Origin: a virus
Virus record (IMG/VR): IMGVR_UViG_3300014720_000019
Span: 1-64,000 of that record
Length of the DNA: 64,000 nucleotides
Strand: one strand, 5' to 3'
The translations under genes and the position numbers were made by a program. This document shows positions 29,801 to 37,869 of this stretch, piece by piece; the first letter of the stretch is position 1; each line of letters begins with the position of its first letter. A model generated the notes under the pieces. That model made no database searches and was not told the DNA's origin. It saw nothing but the letters and a program-made list of their open reading frames with translations.

Positions 29801-32622
29801 ATAGCATCACCTAAGCCTTTACTCATCTCTTTAAGGCTCGCTTCTAGTCTTAATAAATCCTTACTATTACCCTGTTTAGCCCAATATGGTAAACCCTCTA
29901 TTGATGGCATAATATCATTAGTAACTCTATTGCCATAAGTTAGTTGGTTATATGACATTATGACCGCCTTATTTAACTCTTTAGTCTCATATAACTCCTC
30001 CTCTAACAACATAGAGTTCTCATTATTTATAAATCTAATAGCATTTAAGTTATCTAAATAATCCTGATCAGCTTGATTTCTAATAGAAGAGCCAACCCTT
30101 CTACCTTCACTCTCAAATATCTCTCTATTAGTAAAGACAACACCCATCTCATCACTAACATATGGATCATTATCATTACCCATTAAATATCTACCATTTA
30201 AGCCAACACCCATGTTAGACATAGACAAGTTAGCACTACCAGTGTAGCTAGCAATTTGACTAAATCCCTTACTCTCTCTCTTATAAGCAGTAAAAGACTT
30301 ACTATGTTGTCTAGGCACATTAGCACCAGTAATATTACCACTTGCTATTGCCAATACTTGATAAGCAGTTAGATCATTACCATTACTACTATTAATACCT
30401 AACCTAGCATTCAACTTATTAACTTTATCACTTAAAGTATCAGTACTACTAGTAACACTACTAACAAAGCCCCTGATAGACCCACCGTAATCACTAACAA
30501 AGCGGCCATCTAAAGCCATATTAATATAATCCCAAGTAGGCTCAATCACTTGAGATGTAAAGTTCTTATTATCAACAACAATCTTAGTTAGACCCAATGC
30601 AACCATAGCAAAGTTCTTCTTCTGCATAGCTTTATACATATCATACTTAGCATCTTGTCTAGTTCTAAAGCCACTATCACTGTCAAAGGTATTCCTATCA
30701 AAGGTGCCCATCTCACCCCTTTCAAAGTTATTCTTATTAGGTTTATTAGGATCATCTTTATCCACGTATCCTCTATAACCTAAGTGATTAACATGTAAGA
30801 AGTAAGCTTGGTCTAACACCATATTCATTCTAAGATCACCAGTGTATTTACCCACATGATCAAATAAGGTGCCACCAACCTCATTACCAACAGTTCTATC
30901 TAAATAGTCAATAGTAGCCTTCAATGTATACATAATGTCAGTGGCATACTTAATATTAGATTGAGTGCTTCTACTTCTAAGTTGATTCTCCTCCTTCTGA
31001 GCTTCAACTACTTGGTTATACATTAATGCTGATAGATATTGTTTATAGTCATTAGCCTTTTGATCTCTTAATCTTTGAGGATCAAAGTCTTTAGACAATG
31101 TTCTAAATCTTTCTTGCTGCATAAAGAATCTACCAGCAAAACCATTATTACTATAATCTCCAAGTCTTGATCCATTTATGAAGCCCTTACTTGATTCTTC
31201 TAAATACCATCTTCTTTCTTGTATTAATTTATCATTCCTCTTAAACATGACCATCATTTCAAAGTTGGAGCCAGCTTTAAACACAGAATCACCAACAGGA
31301 CTAGTTAAGTTAATACTACCTAAAGATGCAAACTGATTAGTTAGATATACCTTCCTGTGATGAGCGGGGCCAGCATATGTAAAGTTAAAAGCAGCATTAG
31401 CAATAGCCTCAGCTTCTACTCTATCTTTATACTTATTAGTAGACACCCACTCATCTACTATCTGATCTCTTAATCTTTTTAACTTTTGTATCTCTAATAT
31501 ATTAGGACCAAAGATAGCAGCACCAGTACCATCATCACTTGGAATAGGAGTACCAACAGTCACATTAATCTTAAAATTAGTATTATTATTTACAACTAAC
31601 TCTCTATAAATCTTACTAACAACAACATCACTGATAGCCTTATTTTGATACTGAAACGTATCAATAGTAATAAAGTCTTTAGCACTCTCAAACATAGCAA
31701 CAAAGGGTAATATACCAGGTCTTGTTTGATACTTAACATCATCTAATATTGTCTCTGCTTTCTGTTTATAACTCTTTTCAATACTAACATCAATAGACTT
31801 AGTAAGACGTTTAGCTCTACTAACCCCACCACCAGTCAACTCATTAGTCATAGATCTAACTCTAACAAAGTCTAGATCAGTAATAGTTTGACCAGCACCT
31901 CTCCTTCTATTATTAAATCTATTCTGATTAAAAGCACTAATATCATCTCCTGTAGCACCATTTTTAATAGTAGGAACAAGACCTCCACCAAACAAGTCAC
32001 TATCAACTAATCTAGCTAATGTCTCTTGACCTCTAGCCTCTAACCCTTTCTTATCTTCACTAGGTCTAAGCCTATTAAAAGCAGAAGCATAGTTATAAGC
32101 TTGATTTATATAATAGTTATCAATCTTGTTAGTACTATTATTACCTAAATACATGCCTTGTTGTCTTAAAGCATCTCCAAATATATTCTCAAATACAGTT
32201 TGACTGGCATAAGCTTTAGTCTCAGTAGGATCAATTCTATAAGCCTCACCCATTAGAAACTTAAGACTATTTCTACTGTCTTTCAAGTTATTACTCATAC
32301 TAGTATCAAACTCACTAAAAGTCCTACTAGTAACCGTTTGACTAATACCATATACAAGTCTATTATCAAAAGCTATGCCTTTATTTGATTGATCAACACC
32401 ATACAGACCATTAGATATGTCATTATTCATACCTAAAGCTCTTTGCCAATCAGTATTATCTAAGGCCGCCTCATTACTAAAGCCTTCACTGTTATATAAA
32501 TTAAAACTAACAGCAGTACCTAAAGCACTTTTATTACCTTGTTGTATGTTATTGTATAAACCACTAACAGCCTCTCTTCTAGACTCTAAATGGTATTCAG
32601 TATTTGAGAAATAACTTGACAT
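20851..32622 (-). CDS. Giant multidomain protein: tandem PLD-like domains + two-barrel RNA polymerase (candidate virion RNAP, possibly tape-measure fusion)
   Basis: HRKVYLTNQFASLGSINL and HSKSF...YTGSANLS PLD motifs; GGYSDHFYLNP, FKGV, GLVNPNNLK, WRSAP, NLGDFDGDN (24175-24189), LGRTYN, RDSIKLKG; Gly-rich hydrophobic C-terminal segments. Confidence 0.75.
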   Translation of the reverse strand: MSSYFSNTEYHLESRREAVSGLYNNIQQGNKSALGTAVSFNLYNSEGFSNEAALDNTDWQRALGMNNDISNGLYGVDQSNKGIAFDNRLVYGISQTVTSRTFSEFDTSMSNNLKDSRNSLKFLMGEAYRIDPTETKAYASQTVFENIFGDALRQQGMYLGNNSTNKIDNYYINQAYNYASAFNRLRPSEDKKGLEARGQETLARLVDSDLFGGGLVPTIKNGATGDDISAFNQNRFNNRRRGAGQTITDLDFVRVRSMTNELTGGGVSRAKRLTKSIDVSIEKSYKQKAETILDDVKYQTRPGILPFVAMFESAKDFITIDTFQYQNKAISDVVVSKIYRELVVNNNTNFKINVTVGTPIPSDDGTGAAIFGPNILEIQKLKRLRDQIVDEWVSTNKYKDRVEAEAIANAAFNFTYAGPAHHRKVYLTNQFASLGSINLTSPVGDSVFKAGSNFEMMVMFKRNDKLIQERRWYLEESSKGFINGSRLGDYSNNGFAGRFFMQQERFRTLSKDFDPQRLRDQKANDYKQYLSALMYNQVVEAQKEENQLRSRSTQSNIKYATDIMYTLKATIDYLDRTVGNEVGGTLFDHVGKYTGDLRMNMVLDQAYFLHVNHLGYRGYVDKDDPNKPNKNNFERGEMGTFDRNTFDSDSGFRTRQDAKYDMYKAMQKKNFAMVALGLTKIVVDNKNFTSQVIEPTWDYINMALDGRFVSDYGGSIRGFVSSVTSSTDTLSDKVNKLNARLGINSSNGNDLTAYQVLAIASGNITGANVPRQHSKSFTAYKRESKGFSQIASYTGSANLSMSNMGVGLNGRYLMGNDNDPYVSDEMGVVFTNREIFESEGRRVGSSIRNQADQDYLDNLNAIRFINNENSMLLEEELYETKELNKAVIMSYNQLTYGNRVTNDIMPSIEGLPYWAKQGNSKDLLRLEASLKEMSKGLGDAMSITRKYDRFGTPLMLEVSINVGGMLGMNLSTGRLTYTLGMLQGTNNQPGPVFFQKEGKLIYNSNFTNNSGQAIDWMFTKGQLNTGQSVEMSSIDNTTSIFATMIGEMAYRQGITNPASRLVGVGEADRVSLVFDFTTSILGIKRDVLSSMRGGAYTNSSEYSNYLFERGEHKRLASELEGRFNTMGVSYLDNTRAMAGIDPYSRLVLIKQVEALRSASSGSDVERVIGQLGSLLGQQGYEDLSLEVLRSNSGFNIENDLNSQMRELSRTMLEPFLGFHQAITYGAGVAASKNQLYSLDSGNNRAIDMIKMAQSSGNELMGILRWARTFARDVDVYSGFGVDMEGSPRYYLSGVAEGVSTQSKDGYQLETFGIRNKFPTDRNSVEILEGTGIGTLISKQRLKAKFGDVDAGYIMQELGMKEDDKGILFNLDPNKPAQIAQRIKNALGSRLLYEVSEEAANTLLTGETLSSFKRDKQRLVKSYVDRLVGLLGNSDKDDQAKKFIQNYLSAEEVNLGTMFDTDVRSVLSESAYNNVVEQRRELFSQFDQELDEESRMALNYMFRLKMINQSMTNPNELGSMIGGRRDKPQFMILQLNGGYSDHFYLNPNFRTKYYAAAPSPTTTGIKASMLDTRTYVGEVRLSGEQLASDGFVIKDGDTFIYDRIYNKVVQYTEDSRGNRVIGNTYVGGTGSSDYLIGQIENFSLFGKPVASVKQRSTSNRPGEDSVQYILKAKVREGGSGPTNEIVFEVTPLNMIRAGSSRRQEGTAAALLFKGVAAFLDGGQFSKLYSSFKQALGYSTDKSTVGVSSFNKMNVGLSDVYGLVNPNNLKSGFFVGHGGVLLTRDVEVNGAKQRVAEVLVRQDKKMLAMALVSQFGLDITKSMFDNKGNRIEDRDARQRNDKAVKAYHREALSGQYGTYLRMLEMQNILKGNKSGSKDNIFGSIPQFIMNNGELTNAINEALTTGGGNLDELLQRYVSDVLYDSSSKDKAYVINSSDMYTKGVTALLTAIDMFGQLKNQKGDISVVTDWLFKMGIRDDEGKLIGRQTNDPLVEIAAALGGQSNAFNMSNQEKDKLAEMMGIYLQQNYAVALAINVLPSANKDPLGKNLRAKTEIQHLLTPLEAQTKQFTRTGNKGNLAYVLGTIFAASDIGAISVGMADSKEYLDSINAVDALDQTIVSGFYGKKFLGVYYSADSNSKQLMSEYKKIYKASIREGFDASKAEQYFIEGSMTLAEAVYADKVLNNKMDDPNSYTVRTKNVAISIVEDLKREAIRYNLEQSKGMGTDITQPKLKMLMEMGNTTANILMPEVIGDPMMDSATGDYNYVFSSTRSKYMFMPGAELLNQIGSSFGDFVSEIVGRSINMYSYFTPGTAENDLLIKLSKAKKAQNGSVMFNVNLSREETLMLNKFYNLGDELMTSIIQASSDTLVQKAMAGHGTEFDGYVSTPIPNMSIAANMNVMPQFVNERYGAPEGVAYIRQQLFNVTAEAHLNYVNMGDKLTGDISKYNKDKLVGEFTKSLGTVLDYQRQMLVRGMSNLASLELQHRIGTIAHAHELVNRAQKGQPIDTKWIDAAIKNARESRDRVRAELDNTGAYDQAYVASYVLANLQFAKIKIEKPSVVGDINKWMKKNKFQEAVYLGNNHEIRDFIHNGPNRDYSMGLDLINQYGKELEGAMRGKHTVYQQATTSIRDLLNDTSATFEEKASFVSEYITKRIDLLGDFIDNFAPTAKDNKKPRSRQEEYLTQFNRKLLGVGTNTSGTLIGHLTSIRDQVNDYKNKGNTSTQFLHYALMEVGMAYNRFSQLDNMQNQSWRSAPFGSTEPHLATLMSIRGVDEFNKMVDNIKVDEANNIVKFDVDRSKSLAMFNGLSFLTSNLGDFDGDNYITLLHKITEKMNSINDMELSIKVNKDKLVNRMMSTDDYSKIQKAIAKDEKQLVNDALALKGLQLDVTSSTNQAKMAKDVASYMGVDSRFFVGASEGGFRDKTIDISSMAVMLEQGRGLYGGLQGVSSYMTTAVDNLLNVTKGSGTATGLIFDKKSIGEFIDKMDDSKHADSIYKALFMSELSNTYDSSLQGELNDTLKDAMRKSWEELQDSSNSINNSDNAVDATTYFSRLVAKLDATSKSNDALKKVMGSGLGIGIEDSTYDVLTRTLGKAGNDVLGRTYNTLLGTFVADSPIVSLHHMLEGQFDQIEQQMNMTDVDGSTGNLINSNGSGKGTDFVGKLRNAYNKAQKLQGWNEAIQQMLRDSIKLKGDSKSVMASLEMKSQEYVGADEVKRKEIIDSMASSIGPGGGMKALMDLNMMITRGTGKYGDAVEYGLLEGSNERLVAESLTDGSEDALIRYKVASGLRSITTMFNFEKNFGEITLDKDDRGNKRLKVSNKAVSNRALESVVAQGLYGFLGDTNVRGTMLVLAEQAMGRDKDNTAVRSVNELFNVVDSVNHFNDKGNMSDSHRNKLLADQMNKFAAEMIRFNDGGVFTTMLSDHLGGDIKGIDVSSLNTVREGSNGLTTASLLLLTHHTSITQTKTLMGDYGNGLDRFVHINKAAQTMQGNISGKFYESGTNLLGSDLFNAAYRLAAQGKLGTEGNNVMTRLFKAVHDPNMTNADAMAKMLSNFSGDEDSAREMGDMFKHLRQIEITHEIGLGDTLSYKEKVGDLIERQTKKTSQGFKLQAISEVAAAMSASGDISNIQHKKIRAEIENAYSGVGYSEPDRKEIIDNIITNDLLGGLTENKDYFKPQQVYRGNDGTTVAQLKGKVADGAFNIVGPALLSLIGGAIYGTSKDEAGLDPAGIIGSTISLMGFNMPHGKGPANVAGAIFRSKAYNDPNEDWTVSVAKGVSTELSMGLVGSYVTPKLTDIFNRNIVAPLVKNNVPIMESGTSAILGSFVGAIVANMLDSVFQNVGGIARNKFNQGDTSLNKMIDGLNSSMIDSGIAIAEAERDPQGSGFVEFDDKLDIPPIVIGVWVTDNDIERMWDGNNETYLVGGQEGYV

Positions 32623-32757
32623 TTAGTTGCTTACTATTTATATTTGACTATTATTACTTTCAATAGTAATATGATTACAAATAACAATAAAACATAAGTA
32701 AGCACTTAACTTATATATGTTTATATAAAGTATTAACAACTAATAACAACAAATTAA

Positions 32758-33165
32758 ATGAGTACAGCATCTACCGTATTTGAGATCAAATTACCTTCTG
32801 AGACCATTATCTCTTTTAGAACACCAACATACAGAGACAGACAAGTAGCAACTAAGAGATGGAGACAACAACAAACTGAAGTAGGCTGGGCATTAGAAGA
32901 GCTATTAGCTTTCTCTATGTTACAAGCAGTTAATGGTCAGCCCATTCAAGCCGCCTTAGATCTAGATATCATTGAACAAGTATCTGACTGGTCAATGAAG
33001 GATGTATCATACTACTTAGAAGTATTCTTTGCAATTGCATTCACAGATGATGTTGCTAAGCAAAGAGCACAAGCAGAAGCAAAGGCATTACTTGAGGGAA
33101 AGTCAGTAGTGAAATCACAGGTCTCACCTACTACTTCAGCCCCTACTACTACTATAACCGCCTAA
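32758..33165 (+). CDS. Tail assembly chaperone (lambda gpG-like)
   Basis: 135 aa, KLPS...FRTPTYRD pattern; G GGA AAG slippery heptamer near 3' end. Confidence 0.7.
   Translation: MSTASTVFEIKLPSETIISFRTPTYRDRQVATKRWRQQQTEVGWALEELLAFSMLQAVNGQPIQAALDLDIIEQVSDWSMKDVSYYLEVFFAIAFTDDVAKQRAQAEAKALLEGKSVVKSQVSPTTSAPTTTITA
33096..33102 (+). other. Programmed -1 ribosomal frameshift site (G GGA AAG)
   Basis: In X XXY YYZ phase with the 32758 ORF; -1 frame has no stop from 33096 into the 33183 ORF. Confidence 0.8.
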
Positions 33166-33182
33166 CACAACATGCTATACAG

Positions 33183-33587
33183 TTGGCACTTTTATATAAG
33201 ATGCCAACTGTAATAACATATAGCCATATAATCAACTATGATATAAATCCCTCTGAAAAGTATTACAGAGATATACCACTATCAGAAGAGTTTATATATC
33301 TTAGAGAGGCCTTCTTTGAAGAGAACGCTAAGAGGTTCATAGAAGCCTATAACATAAATAACTTCATACAAATAAGTGAGGCGTGTGATATACCATATGG
33401 TAATAACTGGTTAGACTTTGATGAGATTGAGAGAAGAGCTTTTGAAATAGCAATTAACAAGCTAAACATTGAAAGACACAAAGCATCTCAAGCTGAGAAG
33501 GAAGAATTAAAGAAACAATTTGAATCCTTTAAGCCTCACAAGTCTGGCTTTAGTGACATACCAATGCCCAGTATAAGATTTAATTAA
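33183..33587 (+). CDS. Tail assembly chaperone C-terminal part (gpT-like), probably made as a ~276-aa frameshift fusion
   Basis: Weak TTG start; in -1 frame from slippery site. Confidence 0.7.
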   Translation: MALLYKMPTVITYSHIINYDINPSEKYYRDIPLSEEFIYLREAFFEENAKRFIEAYNINNFIQISEACDIPYGNNWLDFDEIERRAFEIAINKLNIERHKASQAEKEELKKQFESFKPHKSGFSDIPMPSIRFN

Positions 33588-33590
33588 AAC

Positions 33591-35042
33591 ATGGCACAAA
33601 CAACAAAACCAACTAATAAAGCTGGTGCCTCAACATCATTATCTCAACCAAGATCTGCTGAGATAAACATATCTAAATACAAGACAAATCCCCCATTACT
33701 AGTAGTGGGTGATAACAAGGTACGTCCTAACACATATAAGCAGTTAGGACGTGCCACATCATTTGTTAGTAATGGAGATTCATTGTATGTAAACACGGGG
33801 CCACATCCCTATCAACTAGCAGTATGGGATTACATTAGAAAGAAGGAGCCAATCATATCAGATGGGCTTGATAAGATGACCTTATCAGTACTAGCTAAGA
33901 TTGGCGCTTATAATCATAAGAATAAAGACATAAGAGCATTTGTAAAAGCCAATTTAAAGAATAAAGTTAGGGCTTGGATTGAGAATATAACCTATACAAT
34001 GTTATGGTCTGGCAAGTCAGTATCAGAGATTATATGGGAGAGAAGATATGACAAAGATGGCACCCCTCAACTATGGGTAAAAGATCTAATCAACTATCAC
34101 ACATCACAAATAATATTAAGACTGAATAACTATGGAACACTTACACATGGAGAGCAAGTATTAAACAGTCAATTCAACACTGGAGTGTGGGTACCAAGAC
34201 CAATACTAACAGAGAATAATAAAGCATATAAAGTTGATAGAAATTGCACTGGATCACATGTAAGATTGCCAAAAGACAAAGTAGTATTAGCTTCATACAA
34301 AGATGAGGGTAACAATCCACATGGAACACCCGCCTTATATGCAGCAGTAGACTTCTCCTTATACAAGGAAGCCTTTAAAGATATGTACTCAGTTGCTCTT
34401 GACAGATATGGCACCCCTCTAATGTACTTTATAGTTCCAGCAACACAAACAACTGAGGACATAGAAGACATTGATGGCACTGTTAGAAAGAAGATGTTTA
34501 GAGAGGCCTTACAAGAAGAGGTACAATCACTATCAAGTGGCTCTGTATTAATACTTGAGAGACAAGGTAATAAAGACGCACCAGAGCCTAAAGTAGAAGC
34601 ATTAACAACAGGTAATAACTTTGGTGATTCATTCATTAATGCTATGAACCTAATGGATCAGAACATGTTACATGCTTTAGGTATACCCAATCTAATCATT
34701 AGAGATGAAGGTAGAGGTCTAGGCAGTGGTGGATCATCTGAGAGACAACTAGAAATATTTGACATGGTAATAACACAGATTGCCATTAAAGTAACACAAG
34801 TGTTATTAGAACAAGTAGTAGGACCACTTATCGGATATAACTTTAGTTCTGTATTAGTACCAGACGCTGATGATTATGGTGAGTTTGCTATTAAACCTAT
34901 GAGATATGTTGATTATAAAGTAATGTCTGACAGTACTAAAGTATTAACAGAGGCAGGAGTAATACAACCAATGACTAATAAGAAGGATAAAATGTTTATT
35001 AGAAATCAACTAGGAATACCCAATGAAGACGAGGATGAATAG
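33591..35042 (+). CDS. Portal protein (DUF935/Mu gp29-like)
   Basis: 483 aa; GKSVSEIIW, GNNPHGTPAL, LDRYGTP, LIGYNF patterns. Confidence 0.85.
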   Translation: MAQTTKPTNKAGASTSLSQPRSAEINISKYKTNPPLLVVGDNKVRPNTYKQLGRATSFVSNGDSLYVNTGPHPYQLAVWDYIRKKEPIISDGLDKMTLSVLAKIGAYNHKNKDIRAFVKANLKNKVRAWIENITYTMLWSGKSVSEIIWERRYDKDGTPQLWVKDLINYHTSQIILRLNNYGTLTHGEQVLNSQFNTGVWVPRPILTENNKAYKVDRNCTGSHVRLPKDKVVLASYKDEGNNPHGTPALYAAVDFSLYKEAFKDMYSVALDRYGTPLMYFIVPATQTTEDIEDIDGTVRKKMFREALQEEVQSLSSGSVLILERQGNKDAPEPKVEALTTGNNFGDSFINAMNLMDQNMLHALGIPNLIIRDEGRGLGSGGSSERQLEIFDMVITQIAIKVTQVLLEQVVGPLIGYNFSSVLVPDADDYGEFAIKPMRYVDYKVMSDSTKVLTEAGVIQPMTNKKDKMFIRNQLGIPNEDEDE

Positions 35043-35045
35043 ATA

Positions 35046-35390
35046 ATGTCTACAACAACACATACAGTAGAAGAAATAACACAACAAATACAAGGTTTAT
35101 TCTTTATTGAAGACAATATAAGCTTTACTATTAAAGATAAAACAAAGGGCCAATTCCCTAACTTTGAAACAGACAAACTAACTCTACAACTATTTGATAT
35201 TGATGGTAATTTATATATAAATCCAATAACATCAAAGCTACTTAAAGTTAATACAAATATATGCATCTATATACCTTATGCAGATACAGTATTAACATTT
35301 AAAATAAAACATCCATATACTGATATAAACCTTTTACATGGAGAAGAAGTAGAGATTGAATCATATAACATATATCAAGGTATAGACTAA
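35046..35390 (+). CDS. Hypothetical protein
   Basis: 114-aa ORF in operon. Confidence 0.75.
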   Translation: MSTTTHTVEEITQQIQGLFFIEDNISFTIKDKTKGQFPNFETDKLTLQLFDIDGNLYINPITSKLLKVNTNICIYIPYADTVLTFKIKHPYTDINLLHGEEVEIESYNIYQGID

Positions 35391-37765
35391 TGACAATAGC
35401 ACATAAAGACGTACAACCTACTGACAATCATCACCCTTATAGATGGGTATTTAACAATGCAACTGAGAGACTTGCACTAACATCTATTAACTCATCAGAG
35501 TTATATAAGAGGGCCTTACAGTTAGATAATGAGAAAGAGTATACACTTATATCTGTATCACCTATTAGATGGAAGGAGTATGGAACAACTAATTCAATAC
35601 CAGTAACAACTGTTGCTAGACTTAATCCAAGTCCTATTGTTACTGTTACAGCAGGTCTATCATTAGAAAACACATACTCATGTTTAAACATAACATCAAC
35701 GGCTGATGTAACACTAATATCAACGCCCAATATAAGAGCGCCACTCAACAACGCACAAGAGCTAACAATTCTTAATGTTGGTAATTATAATATAACCTTT
35801 CAATCAGAAGAAGATCTAACAGATTCATTGTTAGTACAAACGTTTACACTAACACCTACTAATAGAATTGCAAAGCTAATATATCTAAAACCTATTAACA
35901 GATGGTATAAATATACAGATGCCGTTGTTAGTTTTGTGTCTAGTTTTAACAATAGAACAGGAGCTATAACACTTAATAACAGTGATATAACAACCGCCTT
36001 ATCATATACACCCTATAATGCAGCCAATCCTAATAACTACATATCATCTAACCAAACAATAACCTTATCAGGGGCCATAACAGGTAGTGGAGCTACAGCA
36101 ATAACAACAACAATACCAGACAACTCTATAACTACAGCTAAACTAGCAGACAACTCTGTTACAACTGCAAAAATTATTGATGATTCTATAACTACAGCTA
36201 AACTAGCAGACAACTCTGTTGCTCTAACAAAACTATCAACACAGCCTAATAACACCTTTCTTGCTAATAATAGTGGTAGTAATAGCTCCCCTATAGCTAT
36301 AACAACAGCACAAGCAAAGACTCTATTAAACATAACAACATCAGATGTTACTGGACTAGGATCATTAGCCTCATTATCATCTGTTGATCTATCAACATCA
36401 AATGCCACAGGTGTATTGGCTGCTGCTAGATTTCCAGCATTAACTGGAGACATAACAACTACTGCTGGATCACTAACAACCACCTTATCTAACACTGGTG
36501 TAGCTGCTGGTTCATATACAATTGTTAATGCTACAGTAGATAGTAAAGGTAGAATAACAGCTATTAGCAATGGTAGTAATATCGTTGCTGATGATTCAAT
36601 CACTGAGGCGAAGCTTGCCAGTAATGCTGTGACAACCGCGAAGATTGCTGATGGTTCAATAACTACAGCTAAGCTAGCAGACAGCTCTATTACAACTGCC
36701 AAAATTGCTTGGAGTGAGCAGTCGCTTGGTTATCGGAATGTTGTCATCAACGGTGCGATGCAGGTACATCAAAGAGGAACATCAACGGCGAGCATCACGG
36801 GCGGCGGCTTAGGCGCATATTACACGGCTGACCGCTATTTGGCTGATGTCGTAAATGTTGGCGCTTGGACTCAAACAGTTGAGAATGATGCGCCGACAGG
36901 TTCAGGTTTCCGTAAATCGTTGAAGATGACTTGCACTACGGCTGACACATCTCTCGCCACAACCGACCGACTTATCATTCAACATAGGTTAGAGGGTCAA
37001 AACCTTCAACAGTTTCTAAAAGGTACTGCGTCCGCCAAAGCATTTTCTTTGACATTTTGGGTGAAGGGAAGCACCACTGGAACGTACATTGCGGAACTTG
37101 AAGACACTGACAACAACAGACAAGTTTCCGCTTCTTACACAATAAACGCCGCCAATACTTGGGAAAAGAAAACGATCACTTTCCCAGCCGATACGACAGG
37201 CGCATTCGACAACGACAACGCTACGTCTCTTGGATTGTATTTTTGGCTTGCTGCTGGACCATCACTTACTTCTGGCACACTGCAAACAACTTGGGGTACG
37301 ACGACCGCTAATCGTGCTGTCGGTCAAACGAACCTTGCTGGCGCGACAGACCGTGCATGGCAAATCACTGGTGTGCAGTTGGAGGCTGGGTCGGTGGCGA
37401 CACCGTTTGAGTTTGAGGACTACGGAACAACACTTGCAAAATGTCAGAGGTATTTCCTCGTCGCAGGTAATGGTTCTGTTGGCATCTTTAATGGTAGCAG
37501 TACTGCGAGATTTAATGTGCGATTCCCAACCCCGATGAGAGCCGCGCCCAGTATCACCGCTGTTGCAGCCCCGAATGCTTTAAACCCAACGGTTGCCGAA
37601 TCACAAACAGGGTCACAAACAACCGATTTTATCGCGACCGCAGCGGGTGGACTCGTTACAACTCTTGCCGCATCCAAAATCCAGCTTGGAGGTTTTTCAT
37701 CGGCAACCGACGGTCGTTCCACCAGTCTGTTGAATGATTGCCTCAACTTTTCTGCGGAATTGTGA
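35390..37765 (+). CDS. Tail fibre protein
   Basis: VSSFNNRTGAITL, DNSITTAKLA repeats, VDSKGRIT, distal RNVVINGAMQVHQRG...QLEAGSVATPFE...CQRYF module. Confidence 0.85.
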   Translation: MTIAHKDVQPTDNHHPYRWVFNNATERLALTSINSSELYKRALQLDNEKEYTLISVSPIRWKEYGTTNSIPVTTVARLNPSPIVTVTAGLSLENTYSCLNITSTADVTLISTPNIRAPLNNAQELTILNVGNYNITFQSEEDLTDSLLVQTFTLTPTNRIAKLIYLKPINRWYKYTDAVVSFVSSFNNRTGAITLNNSDITTALSYTPYNAANPNNYISSNQTITLSGAITGSGATAITTTIPDNSITTAKLADNSVTTAKIIDDSITTAKLADNSVALTKLSTQPNNTFLANNSGSNSSPIAITTAQAKTLLNITTSDVTGLGSLASLSSVDLSTSNATGVLAAARFPALTGDITTTAGSLTTTLSNTGVAAGSYTIVNATVDSKGRITAISNGSNIVADDSITEAKLASNAVTTAKIADGSITTAKLADSSITTAKIAWSEQSLGYRNVVINGAMQVHQRGTSTASITGGGLGAYYTADRYLADVVNVGAWTQTVENDAPTGSGFRKSLKMTCTTADTSLATTDRLIIQHRLEGQNLQQFLKGTASAKAFSLTFWVKGSTTGTYIAELEDTDNNRQVSASYTINAANTWEKKTITFPADTTGAFDNDNATSLGLYFWLAAGPSLTSGTLQTTWGTTTANRAVGQTNLAGATDRAWQITGVQLEAGSVATPFEFEDYGTTLAKCQRYFLVAGNGSVGIFNGSSTARFNVRFPTPMRAAPSITAVAAPNALNPTVAESQTGSQTTDFIATAAGGLVTTLAASKIQLGGFSSATDGRSTSLLNDCLNFSAEL
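36118..36710 (+). repeat. Two blocks of 10-aa D-x-S-I/V-TTAK-L/I repeats
   Basis: Blocks at ~36118-36235 and ~36590-36710. Confidence 0.85.
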
Positions 37766-37767
37766 TG

Positions 37768-37869
37768 TCATTTACCAATGATAGATAATACACTGGCGCA
37801 CATTTAGGGATTGAAACATGACAACCTTTTATCATTTACCAGTGATAGATAAATACACTGGCGCACATT
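37768..37869 (+). repeat. ~38-bp imperfect direct repeat
   Basis: tcatttaccaatgatagataatacactggcgcacatt vs tcatttaccagtgatagataaatacactggcgcacatt. Confidence 0.85.

Noticed and set aside
21748-32614. Short ORFs inside the giant gene
   Set aside because: Nested antisense or alternate-frame shadows
37768-37869. Diversity-generating retroelement template/variable repeat at the fibre end
   Set aside because: Repeat is only ~38 bp, lies outside the fibre coding sequence, includes an indel, and no reverse transcriptase is in the window
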